Below are positions 51,747-64,000 of a stretch of 64,000 nt of DNA, piece by piece. A program made the position numbers and the translations under genes. The first letter of the stretch is position 1; every line of letters starts with the position of its first letter. The notes beneath the pieces are model-generated. The model did not search any database, was not told where the DNA came from, and worked only from the letters and a program-made list of their open reading frames with translations. Source of the DNA: Felis catus (Eukaryota); the NCBI RefSeq assembly GCF_018350175.1, contig NC_058368.1, positions 32,986,001-33,050,000 of the forward strand, in the 5' to 3' direction.

Positions 51747-51829
51747 TTTAATCACATTTTTAATGAGTTGTATGAGTTATATATTTTGGATATTAACCCC
51801 TTATCATATATATGATTTGCAAATATTTG

Positions 51830-52634
51830 CTCCCATTTGGTAGGTTGCCTTTTCCTGTTGCTGATGGTTTCCTTTGCTGTGCAGAAGCTGATGTTCCACT
51901 TGTTCTGTTTTTGCTTTTGTTGCCTTTGCTTTTGGTGTCACATACAAGCAATCATCACCAAACCTGATGTCAAGGAGCTCTCTTCCTACGTTTTCTTCTA
52001 GGAGATTTTGGTTTCAGATGTCATGTTCAAGCCATTTTAAGTTAATTTTTGTGTATGGTATAGGATAGGGTTCCATTTCCTGAAAAAGCCACCTATCTGT
52101 TATTTGTATCTATAAAGTCTTCTTTTTTTAGGATTCCACATCTGTATGAGCTCATTTAGTATTTGTGTTTTTATGACTTCATTTAGCATATTCCTCTCAA
52201 GGTCCATCCATGTTGTAGCAAAGATGAATGGAACAGAATAGGGAGCCCAGAAGTAAACCCGCACATACATGGATAATTAATTTATAACAAAGGAACCAAG
52301 AATATAAAATGGGAGAAAGGATCATCTCTTCAAGAAATTTTACCAGGAAAATTAGACAGCCATATGCAAAGGAAGGAAAGTGAACCCCTATCTTACACCA
52401 TACACAAAAAATAACTTAAAATGGATCAAAGACTTGAGCATGATATGTGAAACCAAAATCTCTTAGAAGAAAACATAGGAGGAGAGCTCCTTGACATCAG
52501 GTTTGGCGATGATTGCCTGTATGTGACACCAAAAGCAAAGGCAACAAAAGCAAAAACAGAACAAGTGGAACATCATCTTCTGCACAGCAAAGGAAACCAT
52601 CAGCAACATGAAAAGGCAACCTACCAAATGGGAG
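51830..52634. repeat. Long inverted repeat: arms 51830-52080 and 52375-52634, 294-nt spacer
   Basis: Manual alignment gives 10 mismatches over the outer 202 nt, then one 8-nt indel and a few more mismatches. Confidence 0.95.
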
Positions 52635-53074
52635 GGTGGAGGGTGAGTGAAATAAGTGAAGGTGCCCAAAAAGCACAAACTTTGAATTGTAAAATAAATC
52701 ATGGGAATGTAATGTACAACATAGCGACTAGAGTTAAGAATGCTGTGTTATATACTTGAAAGTTGTTAAGAGAGTAGATGTTAAAATCACAAGTAGATTG
52801 CATCGCAGGAAAACAATTTTAACTGTGTGGTGATGTTAACTAAACTTATTGCGGTGGTCATTTCATTATATATACAGATATTAGTATATTGTACACCTGA
52901 AACTAACAATGTTATATGTTCATTATATCTCAATAAAAATAAATAGAGACTTTATTCCAACAGGTGATTTGTAGTTGGGTGCAATAGCGATAAGGCTCCA
53001 ACAGTAAGGTATGTAAATGTTTCAAAAGTGTGGCATAGAAACTTTTGGCACATACTTGTATGTACAGGCATGTA

Positions 53075-53700
53075 CCAGTTACGATGGTTATTGTCAAAAC
53101 AAAAAGTACCAGGTGTTGGTGAGGTGATGGAGAAATTGAAACACTTATACACTGTGGTGAGAGTGTAAACTGGTAAAGTAGCCATGGAAATATAAAATGT
53201 ACCTATTTCCATGCTCATTATAGCGTTATTCATAATGCCTAGCTATGGAAACAATACTAGTGGCTATGGACAGCTGAATGGATAAAGAAAATGTGCCATA
53301 TACATATATACATATACAGCCTTCAAAGAGCAAGAAATTCTATCTATGTCACAACTTGAAGAACACCATGCAATAAGCCAGCCACAGAAGGACAAATACT
53401 ACGTGATTCCACTGACATGAAGTGTGTAAAGTGGTCAAACCCAAAGAAGCAGAGAGAATCATAATAGTTGCCAGGGGTTGGGAGGTGTGTGAAATAGGGA
53501 ATTGTTGTTCAGCGTGTATAAAATTTCAGTTATGCTAAATGAATAAAACTAAAGCCATGCTTTGCCACATAGAGTCTATAGTTAATATAGATAATATACT
53601 AATATATACCAATATACCAATATATATAATATAGTTAATATACCAATATGGTATGTACTACAAAATTTGTTGAGGGTAGATACAATGGTAAGTGTTCTCA

Positions 53701-53740
<40 letters not shown>

Positions 53741-53921
53741 ATAAAATGACAACAACAATAAAAAGGACACAAGAAAACCAGGAGGTGTTGGATATTTCTA
53801 TTATTTTGATTGTAGTGGTATCATGGGTATTTTCACATGTTCAAATTCATCAAAGGGTCCAACTTAAATATGCACAATTCTTTGTATAATAATTATACCT
53901 ATTTAAGTAAATCTGTTAAAA
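53075..53921 (+). mobile_element. Old L1 3' end (L1MA10/L1MB-like)
   Basis: gatggagaaattgaaacacttatacactg...gaatggataaagaaaatgtg...cagaaggacaaatactacgtgattccact...aaaatttgttgagggtagat. Confidence 0.88.
53702..53737. repeat. (CA)n microsatellite
   Basis: About 18 units. Confidence 0.95.
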
Positions 53922-53956
53922 ATTAGATTGCCATTTTTCATATTCATCTGTATACA

Positions 53957-53957
53957 T

Positions 53958-54012
<55 letters not shown>
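53957..54012. repeat. Compound (CG)n(CA)n microsatellite
   Basis: tgtgcgcgcgcgcacacaca... Confidence 0.95.
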
Positions 54013-54014
<2 letters not shown>

Positions 54015-54089
54015 TCAGGCAGTTTTGAGTAGTGTGGAACCTAATTGTGTCTCTGTTATTCATTGAGTACTTCCTAACTCTCTAACTCA

Positions 54090-54700
54090 GATATTCCTGA
54101 ATCATGTTGTCCTTTGCCTGTCCCAGTCCAGGAGTCCAATGAGCCTTGGTACCTTTTTATAGAAAATGGTATTGGGGCGCCTAGGTGGCGCACTCGGTTA
54201 AGCGTCCGACTTCAGCCAGGTCACGATCTCGCGGTCCGCGAGTTCGAGCCCCGTGTGGGGCTCTGGGCTGATGGCTCAGATCCCAGAGCCTGTTTCCGGT
54301 TCTGTGTCTCCCTCTCTCTCTGCCCCTCCCCCGTTCATGCTCTGTCTCTCTCTGTCCCAAAAATAAATAAAAAAAAAAATAAATAAATAAATACAAAAAA
54401 AAGAAAATGGTATTAAAACCCAAATTATGAACATTGGATGTGCTCATTTGTATTTGGACAATGACATCATTTCTAGACTCTTATTAGACAGAGGTCAAAA
54501 TCACACATACACATATGCACACGTACAAACTACTATCTATTTCTACCTACGTACCTATCTAAACTGAGTTCAAATGAATACTTCAAATGAGTATTTAATG
54601 TCACATGGCTTATTCTAACCTCACTCTTCTGTATTTGTAATTCCTTTTCGCAGAATTGAGGAATCTGGCTGCTATTTTTCCCCAGTATGTACTTATTTTT
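54090..54700 (-). mobile_element. L1MC4-like fragment hosting a SINEC_Fc
   Basis: gagccttggtacctttttatagaaaatggtatt|aaaacccaaattatggaacattggatgtgctcatt continuous across the SINE. Confidence 0.6.
54174..54401 (+). mobile_element. Young felid SINEC_Fc
   Basis: Perfect 13-bp TSD agaaaatggtatt at 54161-54173 and 54402-54414. Confidence 0.97.
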
Positions 54701-56499
54701 TCGAGCTTCTGTAGATAACCAGTCAGCCAACAGCTTGATAGTGCTCTCATAGAGACACTGGCAACTGAGGACAGCACCAGCCACAATCAACTGCCCCTGA
54801 GTCACATGCTTAGATGCAGATCAAAAGAAAGAAATGGAGAGAGAAACACAATATTCATATTTATCTGGGGTGATATCAGTTTAATCGTTTGCAATAGAAT
54901 GGCTATAATGTTGAATGAAATTAAATAATGTTGTGATTATTTATCTTAATTGTTTCCATATCGGGTCAAATAAACTGGCATACTTAAATATATCAAAATA
55001 ATTTCAATTATTTTTCATAGGTGTATTTTGAGTTCACTGCCAATATTTATATTAAATGATTTTGGAAAGAGAACTCTAATGCAAAAATTAAGCAGGGAAA
55101 AGATCTAACAAACTCCATTTTAATGGAATTTGAATTATAAATATAATACACTCAAATTTCTATTCACATATTTAACTATGGACATAAAAGAAGTATTTAA
55201 TGCAAATACATTATTTAGCTTACATAATACACATTTCAATATCAGTAAAGTTTACTATTTTCGTTGTTATGATTATGAGTTACTAAGCCAAATGTAAATA
55301 ATAAATGTTACACAAATTCAAAAGTGGCTTCATTCTGAAAACTATATGCGATCCAGTTAGTATATTTTATTAGATGAATAAAAATTCCATGTTTTTAGAG
55401 AAGTACATATATGCTAAAATATAATGTTAGTATTTTATTTAATTGGATACAGATTTGCTAACATGAAATAACTAGCAGATATACACACAATGATATCTTA
55501 ATTACAGGTGTCTCAAACCGAAAAAGTGATTTTTTCCATTTTCCAAGTCATGTGTTCTTCTGAGTTGGGAACCAGATAATCACTAAACTTGTCAAGATAA
55601 CAAAGAAACATTAACAATAAAAACACAATTTTCTCTGGGTTGTTTTCACCTAATGAATGGGCAATACAAATTGAGTTAAAAATGATACCAATAAAAACTC
55701 AAAATAAGTACACAATTTATGATATAAATAATTCAGTGGAGATCCAATTCCCTAACAGACATTAATTTTAAAGAGGAAGACAATAAAGAAAATGAATTAC
55801 TCATCTATAACATATATCCCTTATGAACTACAAATCAGTATATTTGAATTGTGTTCTAATAATATTTCTCTTTTCCCAGTAAAACAAATAACCAAACAAC
55901 AGAATTAGAATTATATTATGAATGCAAATGATTGCGAGTGAATTAAAACTACAACTCTTTGTTAGCTTGCTTGTTATCCCTTTGTCTTTCCGAACAATTC
56001 TTAGTTGAAAAAAAGGGATTTCCACTTAATGATGGTCTGTACTCAGTGTCTTGAAACACTTCTATCACATTTTAGTTTGGGTTCCTCACATATTCTAACT
56101 CTTTATTAATCATAACTGCTGTCTAATTAAGTAGAGTGTCCAAATATTACATTTGATCCATTTTTCTTTTCATATGATACAATTTTAAAAAAATAAGGAT
56201 ATCTGGAAAAAATGCAGAAGTGCTTCAAAAAGCAGTAAAAGACGAATTAAAAATTACTGCATAAATAATGCAATTAAACATTCATCATGAATCATTATTT
56301 TATAGCAAACACTAAAGCCCTTTATTCTCTAAGTATGTTCTTATCCAAAAACAAAACCCAAATCAAACCAAAACCAAAACCCACGAAAACCTCAAGTTTA
56401 GGAAGAGATCTAAATCCATTATTCTTTTGTTCTTTTCTTACCTCTTTTCTTTTGTCAGCACACTTTAGACTCTATTCTAAAGTTTAAAAATGCCCAGGA

Positions 56500-56924
56500 T
56501 TACTCAGCCATCAATAAGAACAAAATCTTGCTATTTGCAATGACGTGGGTGGAATAAGCGTGCGTGATACTAAGTGAAATAAAGACAAATACAATATGAT
56601 TTCATTCATGTGCAGTATTTAAGAAAAAAAATGGGTGGACACAGGGGAAGGGTAAAAAAAAAGGGAAGCAAATCATGAGAGACTTAATGATAGAGAACAA
56701 ACTGAAGATTGATGGAGGGAGGTGGGCAGGGATGGGCTAAATGGGTGATGGGCTTTAAGGAGGGCACTTGTTCTGTTGATCACTGGGTGTTATATGGAAG
56801 TTATGAATCACTATGTTCTACTCCTGGAACCATTTTAACACTATTTGTTAAGTAATTAGAATTTGAATAAAAATTTGAGAAATAAAAAAAAATACAAAAT
56901 AAAAATAAATAAAAATTCTCTAAA
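56500..56924 (+). mobile_element. 5'-truncated carnivore L1 3' end with A tail
   Basis: tactcagccatcaataagaac...atagagaacaaactgaag...gaataaaaattt; TSD core tgcccagga at 56491 and 56931. Confidence 0.92.
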
Positions 56925-57849
56925 AGAAATTGCCCAGGAAGTTGAGAAATTTTCCTTTCAATTCTAATGTAACACAGTTAAATGCATCTTTTAAAATAGG
57001 GATGCTGTCTCTGGAGTTGTGTTGTAAACACTGTGCCAATAAAATTGCTTTACCATAACCATAATATGGAACAGATGCTTTAATGTTATAGAAAAGAATT
57101 AAAATCTAATGGGGAATTGCACATCTGTTTTAATGAGACAGATATTTTCAATTTCATTTTAGTGTTACCTTAAAAATATTCCAAGAGAAGGCATTAGTTA
57201 TTAATTTACTTAAATCCAAAACGTGTATCTATTACATACTTTTGGATTAAGGCAATAAAAATTGAAATGTTATGGTAAGAGCATTTCAGCCTTGAACCTT
57301 AAGTGGCCTAAGCATTTAGAGAAGAATGAGATGTCAATGGCACAGAAGCAGAGGAATGAATTTCCAAAAGTGGAGAATCGTCATGATTTATATGACTTGA
57401 CCGTTAAAAATCTTGCTTTTCTTCCATCCAAAGCCTTGACAAAACATTGGGAAAAAAATACCCTTGTCAGGTACAAAGTCTTCTTTGCTATTATTTATCA
57501 GTACACTACTGTGTAGGAAACATCTGAATTTAAACCATCCAATTGATCTTCTTTGCTGTCTTCAACTTTGTACAATTTTTCAAACTTTTCTAAATAGCCT
57601 TAGAGAAAACTTCCAAATTGTGAATGTAGAGATTTTACTGAGCTGGTGGTTTGAACTTTTATACCAGCGTTAATAAGGTAGAAACATGTTAATATTGAAC
57701 AAGTCAATTCTTTTTAATAAGAAAAAAAATGACCAAAGAACTGAACCTATTCCAAGAGTGCACTGGTGTTTTTATGTCCAAATCAAAGACATAACCTGAC
57801 CCAATTTGGTTATAAAGCTTTCATTCTTACACTAACAATGAAAAAAAAT

Positions 57850-58060
57850 TAATGAATCATGTATTCATTCACTCTTGGAAGCATTTGTTTACCCAACAAA
57901 ACGAGCAGAGTTAGGGGCCAACTCTGTTCTAATCTCAGGGCTAGGCATTACAAGTAAAACTGTGAAGAAGATATCTGTTCTTGCTACTCATGTTTACATT
58001 CTAATGGGTTAGAAGAGAGGATTATACTGCTACCTTAGGATGGGGCATCAGAGAATATAC
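57850..58060 (-). mobile_element. L2 3' fragment
   Basis: attcattcac...gttctaatctcagggc...ttcttgctactcatgtttacattctaatggg. Confidence 0.5.
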
Positions 58061-59039
58061 AGATAAGCGATTCAATTATACCTTTGGAATATTGAAATGG
58101 TGATTATACGGTAAAAAATTAAGAATTTAATAGATAGGAATTCACATCCATCGTTAGTGTGCCAAGAGCACAAACACTAGTAAAGCTAAGAAATGTTGTT
58201 TGGGGCAGTATTATCATACGTCATCAACAACAGATGTTTAATTTTTTTTCTTTATGTTAACATTTAAAACCAGAGTTCTAGGCGGGATACATCTAACACC
58301 GTTTTTGGTAGTTAATATTAGAACCAGATAAAGGGTTGATTTAATAGTCAAGGTAAAAGTTTTGAGGAATGAAAAGAACCTGAGAAACTCGAATGACTCT
58401 TAGTTTGGTTACTGTCACCAAAATGAAATCCACCTTTTCCTGAAAGAAAAAAATCTTAGCACATGTATTTTTCTTGCTTATTTGCTCTCTGGGATACCTG
58501 ACATCTACAATAATTACTACTTTCTACAAACCCTCAGATTTGAAACAGTAGGATATCAATCAAAAAACCTACTATTAAAAGAGTTCTAGTTTATATTTGT
58601 GGTGTCCTTCCCTCCCACCCCCACCCTGCCTTTTTAGAAATCAGGGAATCCAACTGTGCAAATCAACTAAGAAAAAGAGGAAATGAGAGACAGTATATCT
58701 GCTTGGCTAACACAGAAGCTGAATTACAATTTTATTCCTCATTCTTCTATGTTTTGGTTAGCTTTAAAAATACCAGCAGCATTTCACAAGATTGTTAAGC
58801 ATTTGGCTTGATTTCAGAAAGATCCATTGGCCTGGAATACTGACTAGGCATTGGGATTGTCTAGTTCATTGAAGGTTAATAAAATGTGCTCAAGTAATAA
58901 TATTATTACTTCAGGCACTTCATTCTAAATCTTAGATATTGAAGTTAGCAAATCAGAATTATTTCTGAAATTCTGAATTGGTTTGTGTTTGATACATTCG
59001 ACCTAAGAGCGTATCTCTGATCATGATATGATTTTGCTT

Positions 59040-59500
59040 TCAGCTGTTTATTGGGCTCTGATGTGTGCCAGATGTTGAGGATATAGTAGTTAAATTACAG
59101 ACATAGTAAATGTGTCTTTAGAGAATATTCAGTTAATAATAAAGTTAGTAGTTAAAAAAATGGTAATGTTAGCTGACTTCAACTGTTTTATTGTAAAGGA
59201 ATTTAAGATGCTCCAGAAGCATGCACTTATGCAAATTAGTCTGCACTTTCCAGAAGGGTTTTCCTGTGGAAGTGACATACAAAGCAAAAGAGGAAGGACA
59301 ATTAGGGACTGTCAAAGAGAAGGTGGGAGGGAGAGAAAACCAGGTGGACAAAAAAACACATGTGTTAAGATCCTGAGGTAAAGGGGTGAGGTGTGTCGGA
59401 CTAGGAGAAAGTCCAACGTGAATTTGAAAGAGCGAGAGTAACAGAAACAGCAGTTAAAGCTCAAGATATAGGTAGGGCTATGATTATGCAGGGCCTTATT
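59040..59500 (-). mobile_element. L2 fragment
   Basis: tgtttattgggctctgatgtgtgccaga...gaagggttttcctgtggaagtgacat...gattatgcagggcctt. Confidence 0.65.
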
Positions 59501-59504
59501 TGAA

Positions 59505-59727
59505 CTATTTTTATTTATTTATTTATTTTCATGTTTATTGATTTGTTTTGAGAGAAAGGGAGTGAGCACGAGTAGGGGAGGGGCAGAGAGAGGGAGAGAG
59601 AAGCCCAAGCCAGCTCTGTGCTCTCAATGCAGAGCCAGGCCCCAGGGGCTCCATCCCACAAACTGAGATCATGACCTGAGCTGAAATCAAGAGTCAGATG
59701 TTTAACCGATGCATCACCCAGGTGCCC
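59505..59727 (-). mobile_element. CanSINE
   Basis: Antisense body; TSD aactatttt. Confidence 0.93.
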
Positions 59728-59934
59728 TAAACTATTTTATTTAAAGTGCCAAAAATTCCATCTAATGTTGGCAGAAGAAGATGAAAAAAGTAATTTGTGT
59801 AGGTAGAGGTCCCACTGGGCTGCTAGCTCCACATATGACTGATCCAGTGAATCAACGAACACTGTTAGAATTCTGTCATTGTCTCCAAAGAATTCTCTTT
59901 TTCTAGAAGGCAAAGTATCCCTTTTGCTTGCTAA

Positions 59935-60331
59935 GGTCTGCTAAAAGTCTCGCCTATAAACTGCCACTCCCTACCTGTATCTGTGGATACATTATATGGC
60001 AAAATGGACTTTGTAGATATAATTAACTTAAGGATCTTGAGATGGTTATCTGGTGATCTAGCCAGATAGAATCACAGCAGTGCTACTGCTTCGGGGAGGC
60101 TGGAGGATCAGAGTCAGAGAAGGAAATGTGAAAGAAAAGAGTGGAGGAGCCATGTGGCAAGGAATGCAGGTGACTTCTAGCAGCTGAAAAGGGCAAAGCA
60201 ACAGATTCTCCCCTAAAAACCTTGATGACTTTAGATTTCTAAATTCCAACACTAAAGGGATAACAAATGTATGCTGTTTTAAGCTCCTAACTTGGTGGGG
60301 ATTTATTACAAAAGCCTTAGGAAACTAATAC
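59935..60331 (+). mobile_element. MaLR LTR, MLT1D-like
   Basis: atggcaaaatggactttgtagatataattaacttaaggatcttgagatgg...caaggaatgcagg...tgttttaagc...ggaaactaatac. Confidence 0.85.
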
Positions 60332-62120
60332 CTGTGATTTCCAGTTTAGGCACTCTAGTTCAAGGATCAATCTTTTTCTATAGGTTTGGCAGAAATTTCT
60401 AGAACAAACGCTGTTCCAACTTGAAGCATGTGGACATTCTTGAAACCAACCCTATGGTCAGAGCAATGGTCTTCTTATCGGCTTAGTTGTGTCATGTTCT
60501 TACTTCTTCCAAAGGAAAAATTGTGAAGGAAGTTGCTCTTTCTTTTTGATTTCTGTGGGTAGTCCCCCATGAACAATGTTGATTTACTATTATTTAAAAA
60601 AAAGTGGACAATGGAATTTGGGTGAATAGCATCGGGGAGAGAGAGGGAGAGAAAGGGGGGAAGAAAAGAGAGAAAGAGAGAAAATGAGTGAATGAGTGCA
60701 AGGATAAAGACACTCTGATAGAGAAAGGCAGAATCACATTTAAGAATAGCACCAAACATTATTTTGACACTCCGGAATTGTATTAATGTACTCACGTGAA
60801 AAGTGAACTGATGTAATAGTAAATGTGTGTGTGTTTTATGAACTCACTTAAAGTCAAAATGTATTAAATGTAAGACATTATTGATTATTAGTTTTTCAAT
60901 ATTCAATCTGAAACGTCACCAGCGATTGCTCTGATATTTAGTTCAAACCAGTAATAAGAATTTTCATGTTTGTTGGTAAGTCTGTGGTACACATAGCATG
61001 ATTCTATGTCATGTTTCCACTCGTCAAATATAAAGGCAGAATGAAACAGTAATATGGACTGAAAGAATGATTATATGAAGTACATGCTAATGTATGCTTA
61101 TTTATACACGAATGCATACCTAGATAAATAAATCATTAGACGGTTGCTTAAAGCTTTGCTCAACATTGATGTATTTTATTTGGTCTTAGAAGTTTTAAAT
61201 CAACCCTGTGATGGGATTTATAGGTAAAATAACCAGCTCCTTAAGTTGAATCATTGTTTTATCAAGTGTTCTTTCACTTATTCACCTTAATCATAAGTCA
61301 GAGGCAACAGGCGAGATTGTGGTTGGGGGAAGTTCAGAGAATACAGGCCAAAGTCTATGAAAAATGGGGGCATAAAATATGCCATAGAGTATTCCAACAT
61401 GTTTACATGTGTTTGGAATGTCATTTTATAATCATTTAGAAATGATACAGTAAAGAAGTGAGATATATAATTAACAATATTAATTGGTATATTTTTATCA
61501 GCTTTCTCATTCATGACCCATTACAACCTGAAAGCCATGAAGGCAAATAAAATTTTATTATATGAGGAGACAGTGATCAGTCAATTTTATATTTTCTTTA
61601 AGTAACTGTGTATTTCAGCCCCTAAGAAACTAGTGAGCAATAATCAGGTATCTATTATCAATCCATCTTGCATACCTTTTTCTGACAGAAATTCCTTTCT
61701 TTGAATGTGACAATAATTGTCATTGCCCCAAGAGATGAATGAAGAATAGAGTAGGGCAGTTGCTTCAATAGGTGGGAGAGGGGGAGACTGTTTTGTCCCA
61801 TCCCACAAGATAGAAAGTATAGTCAGTGAGGATGTCCAAAGCACAGATAGGCAGTTATTGTTACCTTCATTTTCAAAATAAAAGCATTAGGATAGTGTAT
61901 GTTTCCTTTCTATACAATACTTTCCTATTTTTCTCTACTATACCATTGTCTACCCCCCCAACCTTCTTTTTCTATCTTACCAATCAAATGTCTAAATGTT
62001 TACAGAGAAATTTTCTCCTTTCTATCCCTACTCATTCACTTGGTGATAGATTCAATTAACATCCATATTGGTTTGCTAAGGCTGTCATAATAATACCACA
62101 GATGAGGTGACTTAAAAGTT

Positions 62121-62697
62121 ATAGGAATCCCCCCTTATTTGTGGGGAATCTATTCCATCCCCAGTGGGGTCCTGAAACCATCAACAATACTGAATCCCCT
62201 ATCTACTATGTTTTTTTTTCTACACATATATAACTCTGATGAAGTTTAATTTATAAATTAGGCACGGTAAGAGATTAACAACAATAGAACAATTATGACA
62301 ATATACTTAATTTTTTTTAATTTTTTTTAACGTTTATTTATTTTTGAGACAGAGACAGAGCATGAACAGGGGAGGGGCAGAGAGAGAGGGAGACACAGAA
62401 TCTGAAACAGGCTGCAGGTTCCGAGCAGTCAGCACAGAGCCCGACTGGGGGCTCGAACTCACAGACTGTGAGATCATGACCTGAGCCAAAGTCGGATGCT
62501 TAACCGACCAAGCCACCCAGGCTCCCCGACAATATACTTTAATAAAATTTATGTGACTATAGCCTTCCTCCAGAGATCTTACTGTACTGTGATGGTGTGA
62601 GATGATAAAACGCCTATGTGATGATATGAATGAGGTAAATATGTAGGCATAGTGACAGTATTAAACTATTACTGGCTCTCTGACATGTCGGAATGAT
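62121..62697 (+). mobile_element. MER44/Tigger7-like relic split by a SINE
   Basis: ccccccttatttgtgggg...cccagtgg...aagtttaatttataaattaggcacggtaagagattaacaacaata...gtgagatgataaaacgcct. Confidence 0.85.
62309..62527 (-). mobile_element. Felid CanSINE
   Basis: Perfect 12-bp TSD gacaatatactt at 62297-62308 and 62528-62539. Confidence 0.96.
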
Positions 62698-63104
62698 ATG
62701 TCAGGCTATCTCTCTCTGTCTTCTTAAAAGGACACAAGCCATATTGGATTAAGAGCCACTCATAGGATCTTGTTTAACCTTTAATTGCCTATCTCTGAAT
62801 ACATTTACATTCTAAGATATAGATTCCAGTTTTACTCTATATTACCTTATACATTTTCTTTCTTAAAGGAAAAACTATGACATCATTCAAAAGTCTTGCA
62901 AAGCCTACAAAAATCTCATTCACCATGTCATCCTCATTTACTTTCCTAACTTCCTCTTCTTTTTCAGTAGTAATCTAAATTCAAGCTATACTATTTCATA
63001 AGTGGTTTCTTGGATGTCCCAAGATACTTTGAGGGTTTCTTTACATGTAAACATAATGTCCTGTCTATATGAAATATACTTCTCATCTTGAACATGACTT
63101 CTCT

Positions 63105-63230
63105 TCATTTATTCATTCTTTGGCTCATTTGTTTATTCAAATAGTTTTTGAGCTCCTATAGTGTATGGAGCACATTTTTAGGTGCTGGGAATAAAACAGT
63201 AAAAGAAATGACAAGGTTTCCTCATTGAAT
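63105..63230 (-). mobile_element. L2 3' end
   Basis: tcatttattcattc...tttgagctcctatagtgtatggagcacattttaggtgctgggaataaaacagt. Confidence 0.75.
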
Positions 63231-63389
63231 TGACTGTCTTCATTCTAAGACTCTTACTCTTATCTTGGAGTTTATTTTATGAAAGTTGCCCATGACCCCC
63301 ATGAATATTGCTCTGGCAACAGTGCACAATGCTAACACCAGTTATATTATGTTGACAATATAGCCATCTTGATAGACTAAAAGTTTCTT

Positions 63390-63596
63390 TTTTTTTTAAA
63401 CATTTATTACTGACAGACAGAGAGAGACAGAGCATGAGCAGGGGGGTGCAGAGAAAGAGGGAGACACAGAATCCAAAGCAGGCTCCAGGCTCTGAGCTGT
63501 CAGCACAGAGCCCGACGCAGGGCTCAAACTCATGAACCGTGAGATTATGACCTGAGCCAAAGTCAGACGCTCAACCAACGGAGCCGCCCAGGCACC
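63390..63596 (-). mobile_element. CanSINE inserted at the tail of the next SINE
   Basis: Flanked by aaaagtttcttttttt / aaaatttcttttttt. Confidence 0.94.
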
Positions 63597-63602
63597 ACAA
63601 AA

Positions 63603-63793
63603 TTTCTTTTTTTTAATATTTATTTTTGAGAGAGAGAGAGAGCGCGTGCACAAGTGGAGGAGGGGCAGAAACAGAGAATCCCAAACAGGCTCCCTGCTGT
63701 CAGCACAGAGATTGATCTCCCCAACCATGAGATCATGACCAGAGACGAAATTAAGAGTTGGATGCTCAACCCACTGAGCCACCCAGGCACCCC
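63603..63793 (-). mobile_element. CanSINE
   Basis: Outer TSD atagactaaaagtttctt (63372-63389) / atagattaaaggtttctt (63795-63812). Confidence 0.94.
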
Positions 63794-64000
63794 AATAGAT
63801 TAAAGGTTTCTTAAAGGCAGAACGTATGGATGAAATATAGGAGGAAAGTGTATGGAAAGTTGTCAGCAATTAATATTTATGGCCTGAAATAATAAGTGCA
63901 TTTATCAATAACATATTTAAATGAACCCTTATATGCTGATGATTAGAACATTACATTATTGTACATGCTATGAAGACTTAGGGATGTTCTAAATACTTAG

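Larger units (their letters stand above)
51095..52945. mobile_element. Rearranged old L1 (L1MA9-like): minus-strand pieces 51095-52225, plus-strand pieces 52226-52945
   Basis: ORF2 and 3' UTR wording on both strands; 3' end tgtacacctgaaactaacaatgttatatg...ctcaataaaaataaat; contains an inverted duplication. Confidence 0.88.
62060..62825 (-). mobile_element. MaLR LTR (MLT1B/C-like) split by MER44
   Basis: gtttgctaaggctgtcataataataccacaga at left; aaggacacaagccatattggattaagagcc at right. Confidence 0.65.

Noticed and set aside
1..64000. A novel multi-gene or defence-type system
   Set aside because: The window is repeat-rich mammalian non-coding DNA with no supportable genes; all structure I can see is explained by transposable elements and their rearrangements.

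Overview
Non-coding mammalian genomic DNA, almost certainly from a cat-family (Felidae) genome: it carries about 34 tRNA-derived carnivore CanSINEs (five of the young SINEC_Fc type) and a felid-type L1 3' end. The window is AT-rich and repeat-dense, consistent with intergenic DNA or a large intron. I find no supportable protein-coding exon, tRNA/rRNA gene or CRISPR array; the ORF track is explained by SINE/L1 sequence, microsatellites and chance. Other content: old and carnivore-era L1 fragments, L2, MIR, MaLR/ERVL/ERV1 solo LTRs, MER20/MER58/Tigger DNA-transposon relics and microsatellites. I did not find a new biological system. The most interesting signals are retrotransposition and rearrangement footprints: a perfect tail-less 31-nt U6 snRNA retrocopy with a 17-bp TSD (33254-33284), a probable L1 3' transduction (29731-29798), a ~250-bp-arm inverted duplication inside a scrambled L1 (51830-52634), an L1 inversion of twin-priming type and several nested insertions. 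Repeat family names come from remembered consensus sequences and need RepeatMasker/Dfam confirmation; boundaries of old repeats are approximate.
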